This document shows positions 57,227-64,000 of a stretch of 64,000 nt of DNA, one piece after another (the stretch's first letter is position 1; each line of letters begins with the position of its first letter). The position numbers were made by a program, and so were the translations under genes. Origin of the DNA: a virus. Lineage: Duplodnaviria; Caudoviricetes. The stretch spans positions 32,001 to 96,000 of IMG/VR virus record IMGVR_UViG_3300030330_004701, one strand, 5' to 3'. The notes under the pieces were generated by a model. That model searched no databases and was not told the DNA's origin. It was given only the letters and a program-made list of their open reading frames with translations.

Positions 57227-58057
57227 TTACTCCTTGATTTTCATGATTCCGCCAACAAGTTGACGTTCATCATTTTCGGACTTTGGTTCTGTCGATTCGA
57301 TTACGCTACCGAGCCATCCCCATCCTTCTAGTAAAGAGATAATTTCTACGTTTGTCTCATTTAGACTTAAATTTTTGTTATCTATGGTCGCATCATAGTT
57401 GTCTATCAAATCACTTTCTGCCTCGCTGCTATGACCATCGTTGTCAACGCCTCTTGTTAGATGAATGACCTTGCCTCCAGCATTTTGTATAGCATCCACT
57501 TCATTTTGAAATCTGCAATCAGAAATAACTGCAATCAAAGGTTCTTCGGTGCGAATAGTTTTGATTGTATGATCCGTCCAGATGTCGGGATGTATTTTTC
57601 TGCAAATATCTGTTCCAAAGTGTTGCATGAACTCTCTAGCAGACATCTTACCAGTTTTATCTCCTTCATATCCGGGCATGTCTTCCCAGTTAATGAATGT
57701 CTCAGAGTTCTTCTGTTCATCAGTACCATAACACTGTGATCGGTTAAGACCAAATAGACCAGTACAAATTTCCTTCAATGCTCCAGCAAATGAATAATGC
57801 TTAATATAAGGCCACATACTTTCTGCCGCCCATAGTCCAAAATCCAGATCTGTTCTTGTGACATCTAGAACCGCAGCTGATGTCTCATTTTCGCCTTCAG
57901 CATTTGTGAATGTGGCATTGACCAAAAGTCTTCCCTTCTCATCAATTTCAAAACGGTCAATCAAATTGTGACACCTCATTTGATAGCCGTGTAAAAAAGA
58001 ACACGCAGAATTTTTACCGGATTGTTTTCTGCCAGCGAAAGCCAGAATTCTAGTCAT
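57227..58057 (-). CDS. Deoxynucleoside monophosphate kinase
   Basis: AGRKQSGKN P-loop, FAGALKE, REFMQHFGTDICR, ISDCRFQNE, HSSE. Confidence 0.85.
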   Translation of the reverse strand: MTRILAFAGRKQSGKNSACSFLHGYQMRCHNLIDRFEIDEKGRLLVNATFTNAEGENETSAAVLDVTRTDLDFGLWAAESMWPYIKHYSFAGALKEICTGLFGLNRSQCYGTDEQKNSETFINWEDMPGYEGDKTGKMSAREFMQHFGTDICRKIHPDIWTDHTIKTIRTEEPLIAVISDCRFQNEVDAIQNAGGKVIHLTRGVDNDGHSSEAESDLIDNYDATIDNKNLSLNETNVEIISLLEGWGWLGSVIESTEPKSENDERQLVGGIMKIKE

Positions 58058-59113
58058 TTATAATACTCCCTGTAACTTATTAATTATTTGATCTTGTATT
58101 TGTTCGACCGTCATATCCCCAACATCTTTTTGGTCAATTTCTGGTCTGTAATAATTGAATCTTCTACCGCAGCGTTTTAATATTTGATTAGCCGCCTTCT
58201 GTCCCGCCTCATCATAGTCTGTAAGTATGACAACATTCCTAGCGCCACTTCTTTCTATTAGTATCAATTGGTCTTCGCTAAGACTTGCGCCAAAAATTCC
58301 AACGGTATTTGTGACGCCGGCTTCGTGCATACGCCAAACATCGCCTTGTCCTTCTACTAGAACAATAGTGCCTTTTTTCATTATATCATCCTTAGCGACA
58401 TTATACCCGTACAAATAAGAACTTTTTTTGAAACCTTTGCTGTGTAGCCATTTTGGTTGCATATTCTGGTAGATTGCTCTACCGATACAGGCGACGTAAT
58501 TATTGTTCTCATCGTAGATAGGTACGACTACTCGGCCTGACATTGGTTTACCTTTGCCGATACACATACCTATGTCGAATTTCTCAAGAGTTTCCGCTTT
58601 ATATCCACGGTTGATGTAATATTGTGAAGGTATATCAAGTTTACTTACGACAGAACCTCTATCAATAACTTGCTCGTGCCTTACTGGTTCTCTCTGAAAA
58701 GTCTCTAATATTTTAACAACACTGTAATTTTCTACAGGTTGCTCGAATTCAATACTCTCTGGGTCTAAGCCTAAAAACTTACTGCAGAAATAAAATGTCT
58801 CTAATACTCCAACCTCTTTAGACTTTCTATTTGTAAGAAGACCGCGAACAAAACCAAAGGTATTCTTGCCATAGTCTTCGTGGCAGTTCGCTGTCCAGCA
58901 GTTCCAGTTGCCTTTTGAACTGACCCCATCGGTAAATATGGAACAACCTTCTGGATTGTCACCTCCGTGAATAGGACAAGCAAAGGCTAGTCTATTTGGG
59001 TATTCAATATAATCAATTTCAAAATATTTCAGCAAATCTTCAACTCTAGTTGCGAGCTGATTAGACACCGCTAATATCTGCTGATTCGTTAGTCGTTTGT
59101 TCAAAACCATCAT
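58058..59113 (-). CDS. dnaG: DNA primase (CHC2 zinc finger + TOPRIM)
   Basis: CPIH...CWTANC, GRVVVPI, LVEGQGDV, TDYDEAG; exact start uncertain. Confidence 0.88.
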   Translation of the reverse strand: MMVLNKRLTNQQILAVSNQLATRVEDLLKYFEIDYIEYPNRLAFACPIHGGDNPEGCSIFTDGVSSKGNWNCWTANCHEDYGKNTFGFVRGLLTNRKSKEVGVLETFYFCSKFLGLDPESIEFEQPVENYSVVKILETFQREPVRHEQVIDRGSVVSKLDIPSQYYINRGYKAETLEKFDIGMCIGKGKPMSGRVVVPIYDENNNYVACIGRAIYQNMQPKWLHSKGFKKSSYLYGYNVAKDDIMKKGTIVLVEGQGDVWRMHEAGVTNTVGIFGASLSEDQLILIERSGARNVVILTDYDEAGQKAANQILKRCGRRFNYYRPEIDQKDVGDMTVEQIQDQIINKLQGVL

Positions 59114-60530
59114 CCTTAATCTTGCTTGATTTATGGGCCTCGTTTCTTGTTTTGCCCTCAACAAGCTTACCAAATTTACCAAACATGTTCATATTGATAT
59201 AGTCACCATCATCAAGTCCGGCTCCGTGACGAGCAACAATTGGAACAAGTTTTCTGTTACCATGTTCCTCTCCGTCATCAGCCATCTCTTCGTCTGACTT
59301 CATCTTAAAAATAGTAAAGCTGGTACACAACCAAATCAATCTGTCAGAACCACTGACAACATCTGTTGATTCCTTTGTAATACCATCTCTGTTTAGCTGC
59401 ACAAAACTCAAACAAGGGACATCATGTTTTACGCAGAAGTTATGTAGCTGCGTAATTTGAAACCCTAATACTTGGAACTCCTGCATGGAGTTAGAAATAC
59501 TGTCCGAGTTCATCAATTTCAAATAGTCATAAATTATAATACAATCATTTGTTCTGCCATTTTCATCAAAGCCAACTTCTTGGTGAATCCATTTGCGCAT
59601 AATTGCAAGAATGTTTTCAAATGGCTGACCAGCAATACTAACGTAGTGATATGGGATATTCTGTAGTTCTTCGGCTGCCTTTTCTACTTTCTCAATATCT
59701 AAATCATTGTTAGCGAATTTGCCACTAGCTAACTTGTTAATCTCCACGCCGCTGAGGTTTGCCAGCATACGATTGAGGTGGTCTTCTTTTGACATTTCAG
59801 TATCTAACATCAACACTGGGATATTTAAGTTTCTAGATACGTGCATGGCTACAGCGTCACCAAACATGGACTTACCGACTTTAGGACGGGCAGCAACCAG
59901 ATCTACACATTTCCTGCGTATACCTCCACCAATAGCCTCATCAAAGCGGGGAAATCCGGTGCTTATGCCCAGCATTTCATTTTGGTTTTCTTTCAAAAAC
60001 TCAACGTATTCGCCTACATCTTCACCAATAATTTTTGGTTTATTATCTGAGCCTTGATATATCTTTGAAGTGGCATCAAGAATAGGAGTTTCGATCAAAG
60101 AGATGATCTCTGCAATATCTTCGTCACCATTGATCTTGTCTACTTCTAAAGAACATTTAGCCAAAGTCTTCTTTACGTCACGAGCTATCTTGAGTTTAGC
60201 TAACTTAGCCCCATTGACAGGAATGTTATCTTCCAGAATGGGAGTATCAAACAAGTATCTTAAATAACCAGCTTCCTCTTTAATGATGTCGTAATGATTA
60301 AGCTGATTTGCGGCGGAAAGCAATGACGAAAGCTCCGCCTTTTGAGTAGACTCAAGAGACTTTTTTATACAGTCAAAGATAACCTGATTTGTTTGATCTA
60401 CAAAATACTCGGTACTGATATACTCAACCTCAAGCATTGCATCAATTCCGTATTGACACAAACCAGCGAGAACAGCAGATTCAGCTGCGGCATCTTCTAG
60501 CTTATTTTCATTTTGTTTAATTCGTACCAT
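59061..60530 (-). CDS. dnaB: Replicative DNA helicase
   Basis: AESAVLAGL, GISTGF, AARPKVGKS, TEMS, YDYLKLM, VQLNR; likely start MVRIKQ at 60530. Confidence 0.92.
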   Translation of the reverse strand: MVRIKQNENKLEDAAAESAVLAGLCQYGIDAMLEVEYISTEYFVDQTNQVIFDCIKKSLESTQKAELSSLLSAANQLNHYDIIKEEAGYLRYLFDTPILEDNIPVNGAKLAKLKIARDVKKTLAKCSLEVDKINGDEDIAEIISLIETPILDATSKIYQGSDNKPKIIGEDVGEYVEFLKENQNEMLGISTGFPRFDEAIGGGIRRKCVDLVAARPKVGKSMFGDAVAMHVSRNLNIPVLMLDTEMSKEDHLNRMLANLSGVEINKLASGKFANNDLDIEKVEKAAEELQNIPYHYVSIAGQPFENILAIMRKWIHQEVGFDENGRTNDCIIIYDYLKLMNSDSISNSMQEFQVLGFQITQLHNFCVKHDVPCLSFVQLNRDGITKESTDVVSGSDRLIWLCTSFTIFKMKSDEEMADDGEEHGNRKLVPIVARHGAGLDDGDYINMNMFGKFGKLVEGKTRNEAHKSSKIKDDGFEQTTNESADISGV

Positions 60531-60664
60531 AATAATCCCACATTGGCCATTGCATAAGAAAACCACATAAGCGCATGTGGATAATCTTTTTGTTTTACAC
60601 AAGAAACACACACAACTAAGTACATTATCGAAGCTGTTGTGATCGCAAGCATACCTAAATTCAT
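60497..60664 (-). CDS. 55-aa two-TM membrane protein (not in the ORF track)
   Basis: Translates as MNLGMLAITTASIMYLVVCVSCVKQKDYPHALMWFSYAMANVGLLWYELNKMKIS; starts immediately after the preceding stop. Confidence 0.65.
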   Translation of the reverse strand: MNLGMLAITTASIMYLVVCVSCVKQKDYPHALMWFSYAMANVGLLWYELNKMKIS

Positions 60665-60763
60665 TTACATTCCTCTAAAAATATAGAACCCCATACAAAT
60701 AGTAGCACTCAAAAATACGCCGAGTAGGAAGTCTTTCCATTCTAAAGTAATTGCTTTCTTCAT
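60665..60763 (-). CDS. 32-aa single-TM peptide (not in the ORF track)
   Basis: MKKAITLEWKDFLLGVFLSATICMGFYIFRGM; TAATG-coupled to the upstream gene. Confidence 0.55.
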   Translation of the reverse strand: MKKAITLEWKDFLLGVFLSATICMGFYIFRGM

Positions 60764-61116
60764 TATCCAAAAAATCCTTTGATCTTAGTTAAGATATCCC
60801 CACCTCCAAAACCACCTTTGAAGATTACTAGGTATGCTACTATAGCACCAACTATGATAAAAAACAACCACTTTCTCTTAGAAGCGACCGCATAAAACTT
60901 TTCTTTTATTGCTGCAATCTTCTCTAATCGGTAGTTTCGTCTTTCTTCAACCTTCTCTTTGCGTTCTTCTTTGCGTTCTTCCTTAGCCTCTCTTCTAGCT
61001 TCACCTCTAGTCCTAGCCGATTCTTCCGAAACTTCGGACTCTTCGCTATCGCCTACTTCGGTAGCCTTGTTAGGGAAAATTTTATCTTTAATACTTTGCA
61101 ATATATTTTTGAACAT
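60763..61116 (-). CDS. Membrane-anchored charged coiled-coil protein
   Basis: KEERKEERKEKVEERR repeat, then a WLFFIIVGAIVAYLVIF TM segment. Confidence 0.6.
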   Translation of the reverse strand: MFKNILQSIKDKIFPNKATEVGDSEESEVSEESARTRGEARREAKEERKEERKEKVEERRNYRLEKIAAIKEKFYAVASKRKWLFFIIVGAIVAYLVIFKGGFGGGDILTKIKGFFG

Positions 61117-61739
61117 TATAGCTCCTTAAGAAAATCTAAGTTTAGTTCCAAGTCTGTTTTGGCGAACCATCGGTGCCAAATATCACCCTCTCCTCCATCC
61201 CCATTAGAGGTGTAGAATTTTTTATATCCTAGCGATTCCATATAATCATAGCTCTTATAATTTGGAACAAATCCATGATGCTCAGCGCAAATTACCTTAA
61301 TATCCATTTTAGAAAAATCTATGCCAGATATTGCTTCATGCTCAAAGCCCTCTAAGTCAAGTGATAGAAAATCAACTGCTGTTATGGACTGATCGTCAAA
61401 AATTTGCTGCAGAGTTTTTGCTGGAGCTATGAATGATTCCGTCGAATCAGAAGCGCCTGAACAAGTCGCAGTCATGCCTCCGCCATGAAGTGTTATCGTT
61501 GGTTTATCATACTGGTCAGATACAATAGCGGCATGCACAAATTTAGTTGCCGGTCTATTAAGCAAAAAACCAGCTTCATATCTAATTTGAGCATCTATTG
61601 CTATGCCAGACCATCCAGCCCTTTCTAAATCAAAGGTGTTATTCTGTTCATTATAGTCATTGCAACCAGCGTCCACAAAAAAACCGCTACTACCAAATAT
61701 TGAGAGGGCTATCTTATCTACATTATCTTGAGCCGCCAT
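61116..61739 (-). CDS. FkbM-family methyltransferase
   Basis: GFFVDAGCND, NNT..LE..GWSGIAID, VDFLSLDLEGFE. Confidence 0.82.
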   Translation of the reverse strand: MAAQDNVDKIALSIFGSSGFFVDAGCNDYNEQNNTFDLERAGWSGIAIDAQIRYEAGFLLNRPATKFVHAAIVSDQYDKPTITLHGGGMTATCSGASDSTESFIAPAKTLQQIFDDQSITAVDFLSLDLEGFEHEAISGIDFSKMDIKVICAEHHGFVPNYKSYDYMESLGYKKFYTSNGDGGEGDIWHRWFAKTDLELNLDFLKEL

Positions 61740-62161
61740 TATTCTCCACTGCTCCCGAAGCCACCCTCTCCACGATCAGTATCATCGAGATCATCAACTT
61801 CTAAAAATTCAACATCTTCAACTTTTTGTATGATTAATTGTGCTATTCTATCACCCGGATGAACATGCACTATTTGGTCAGAAGTATTCAGTAGGCAAAC
61901 TTTTATCTCGCCCCTGTAGCCAGAATCAATTACACCAGCAAGAACATCAATACCCTTCTTAACTGACAAGCCAGACCTTGGCCAAATTAGACCACAATAG
62001 CCATCGGGAATAGCAATTGATATGTCGGTAGAAATTAATCTTCTTTTATGTGGATAAACTGGCTGTGATGTGTGGGAAGCGTATAAATCCCAGCCAGCAT
62101 CAGAACTGTGCGCCTTAGTAGGAACGCTTGCAGATTCGTTTAATAATTTAACTTTTATCAT
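61739..62161 (-). CDS. dut: Trimeric dUTPase
   Basis: AGWDL, PRSGL, GVIDSGYRGEI, GDRIAQL, RGEGGFGSSG. Confidence 0.97.
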   Translation of the reverse strand: MIKVKLLNESASVPTKAHSSDAGWDLYASHTSQPVYPHKRRLISTDISIAIPDGYCGLIWPRSGLSVKKGIDVLAGVIDSGYRGEIKVCLLNTSDQIVHVHPGDRIAQLIIQKVEDVEFLEVDDLDDTDRGEGGFGSSGE

Positions 62162-62604
62162 TATCTTCTCCTCCCAGCTAGACAGCTATCACATACAAAC
62201 CACTCTCTTCTATGTGACTCGTGTACATTGAAAATCTCATTACACTCTTGGCACTTCTGCGGAACTAACTTGCTAGGACTTCTTCTCTCTGTGGGCACGA
62301 AATCTGGAGTTTCTATGTCAGTATGTTCTGTGCCATCGTCAACAAACTTATTTTCTCTAAGTTTAACACTATTGACAGGTGTTCTACTACTCGACTTAGG
62401 ATTTCTTTCCATAGCGAACTCATCGGCAGTGACTCTCTGAGGTGTGTTTTCTTCCTTCTTTACTACCTGTTTCGGTTCAGGTTGAGCAGGTGTTTCGGTT
62501 TCAATATCCACCTCTAATAGAGAGTTTGCCATATTTATTAAATCCTCATCATTAAGAGCAATACCTTTTCTTAGTAGCTCTTTTGCTGTATCAATTATCG
62601 ACAT
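62161..62604 (-). CDS. Hypothetical protein with a C-terminal Zn ribbon
   Basis: CQEC...CDSC. Confidence 0.6.
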   Translation of the reverse strand: MSIIDTAKELLRKGIALNDEDLINMANSLLEVDIETETPAQPEPKQVVKKEENTPQRVTADEFAMERNPKSSSRTPVNSVKLRENKFVDDGTEHTDIETPDFVPTERRSPSKLVPQKCQECNEIFNVHESHRREWFVCDSCLAGRRR

Positions 62605-63101
62605 TAGTAACCTCTTCTTTTGCCTAAGTCTTGTAATAATCCAGCCATCCTCTTTGTATTATCGACTTTACCAGAAAGTCTGTTGAGTCTAGCTTGCGAC
62701 ATAATTTTTAATCTATTTAATTCTGTGGCCATTGGGTTTTCTTTTACTGCGGAATAATATTTTTCCTGCCATTTGGAGTATTGGCCTCCGTAGTTTTGCA
62801 GCTTATCTCCGACCATGAACCAGATGCTGTCATCGCAAAACTCAACGACCGTCTTCTCTTTATTATAAACACCTTGAAGATATTCTGCATGAGCAAAAAG
62901 AACAAAAGAATAAGACAGCGCCTTCTCTTGACTCAGAGATCTAATCTCATCAGAGCTTAGCGCCATGATTGGCTCCACTTCTTCATTTTCTTTTGCAAGG
63001 TCTGCGTTTCTATCTTCAATCCAGTCATCCACTTTTGAGAGGAATTCTGTAACTTTTTGTTCGTTAGTCAAATTTTGCCCTCCATTGTTCTTCAGACTCA
63101 T
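62604..63101 (-). CDS. Hypothetical helical protein
   Basis: ORF in a coupled operon; no recognised motif; exact start uncertain. Confidence 0.55.
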   Translation of the reverse strand: MSLKNNGGQNLTNEQKVTEFLSKVDDWIEDRNADLAKENEEVEPIMALSSDEIRSLSQEKALSYSFVLFAHAEYLQGVYNKEKTVVEFCDDSIWFMVGDKLQNYGGQYSKWQEKYYSAVKENPMATELNRLKIMSQARLNRLSGKVDNTKRMAGLLQDLGKRRGY

Positions 63102-63477
63102 TATAATTTAGTTCAATTAAAGTCATATGGTTTAGTTCGCACCAAGCTCTTTTATCTTTATCTCTTGCTTGAGCTTTGAAAAACGCCATCTTGTCTTTGT
63201 GAAAAAATGAATTGAACTTAAAGTGCTGTTCGCCATGCACTTCTACAATCAGCTCTCTGTTTGGCACATATAGATCAGCATAGAGCAGAGTCTTCCTAGA
63301 GCCTGTTCTAGTTCCCGGTAGTGTCACTTCCTCTAGTATTCTATCATAAGGGTACACTTCTTTCAAGATGGATCTTGCTTTTTTATGTAAAGAAGATCTG
63401 TTTTTTTCATCTACCGAGGCTTGACTTCTAGAGGGGTTCCACTTCCAAGTTTTACCATCGAGACCTTCTACATACAT
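63064..63477 (-). CDS. Vsr/DUF559-like endonuclease
   Basis: LYADLYVP...IVEVHGEQHF...RDKDKRAWC. Confidence 0.65.
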   Translation of the reverse strand: MYVEGLDGKTWKWNPSRSQASVDEKNRSSLHKKARSILKEVYPYDRILEEVTLPGTRTGSRKTLLYADLYVPNRELIVEVHGEQHFKFNSFFHKDKMAFFKAQARDKDKRAWCELNHMTLIELNYNESEEQWRAKFD

Positions 63478-63998
63478 TATAGCATACCCTTAATTTCTTT
63501 TTCTAAGATGTCAAAGACTTCTTCATTCGCCAGTAAGAAGTTATACAACCTTTCTTGACCTTGGAACTTTACTGCTTTTAGGACTGCCTCAGTATCTTCT
63601 ATATTTGTTTCTGGCTTTATCTTCTTGACTACATCAGTAAAACCAACCATGAACTCACATGTGAACCAAGCGCCAGCCTTACCTATTAGACCTAAGTCCA
63701 GTCCAAGCATGATAAGCTCTTGAATTTTGTCTACACCGTGTCCATATTTAATCCAGCTTTGACACTCTGTTCCGGGAGATCCCATAGATGAACAAACTAC
63801 TTTCCAATTAACAGCCTGTCCAACCTGACGGTCGCTTTGCACCCAAGGGCTGATAGATTTTACTTCCATTCTAGTGTCTGCCTGATATTGAATTTTTCTA
63901 CCGCAGTCTGGCATTCTAGACGCACCATAGCCAGAAGTATTAGCGATGAAGTGTGTGATAATAATCAGTGTCGCCCTTTGATTGGGAACAATCTGTCC
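63477..63998 (-). CDS. recA: RecA/UvsX-like recombinase, C-terminal part (5' end outside the window)
   Basis: Open to the window edge; GRKIQYQADTRM, YGHGVDKIQEL..LGLIGKAGAWF and FQGQE match the RecA C-terminal region. Confidence 0.8.
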   Translation of the reverse strand, partial: GQIVPNQRATLIIITHFIANTSGYGASRMPDCGRKIQYQADTRMEVKSISPWVQSDRQVGQAVNWKVVCSSMGSPGTECQSWIKYGHGVDKIQELIMLGLDLGLIGKAGAWFTCEFMVGFTDVVKKIKPETNIEDTEAVLKAVKFQGQERLYNFLLANEEVFDILEKEIKGML

Positions 63999-64000
63999 CA

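Noticed and set aside
1-64000. Stop-codon reassignment
   Set aside because: Multi-kilobase ORFs are uninterrupted under the standard code, and TAA, TAG and TGA all end genes at sensible junctions.
1-64000. CRISPR array, tRNA/rRNA genes, IS elements, integrase
   Set aside because: No direct-repeat/spacer pattern, cloverleaf or transposase/integrase motif was seen; intergenic gaps are about 100 nt or less.

Overview
This window is an internal, nearly gap-free 64 kb piece of a large AT-rich tailed dsDNA phage genome that uses the standard genetic code. It has two convergent blocks that meet at a bidirectional terminator near 29.9 kb. The + strand (1-29853) is a tail module with no recognisable sheath gene: tail tube, two paralogous chaperone-like genes, a 2829-aa tape measure protein (TMP), a 3098-aa propeller/fibre protein, tail-tip proteins, and Cys-rich proteins. 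The - strand (29902-64000) carries an ~18 kb glycan-synthesis island. It includes gmd, fcl, about a dozen glycosyltransferase-like genes (GT10, GT25, GT47, GT2, GT4, CgeB-like), a sulfotransferase, methyltransferases and a mini DegT aminotransferase. The island is followed by a sigma factor and a replication/recombination module: SSB, a DnaE split into two genes around a DEDDh exonuclease, Cas4-like nuclease, dNMP kinase, primase, DnaB, dUTPase and RecA. Best candidates for novelty: (1) a TMP whose four DTVPAMLTPGE repeats bracket two cargo domains, one with a PD-(D/E)xK nuclease signature; (2) a phage-encoded fucosylation/sulfation/methylation system, with Ser-Gly-rich fibre repeats as possible acceptors; (3) an intein-less split DnaE with a degenerate PHP domain and an interposed proofreader; (4) apparent systematic CCWGG avoidance. 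All family calls come from motif recognition by eye; no searches were run.
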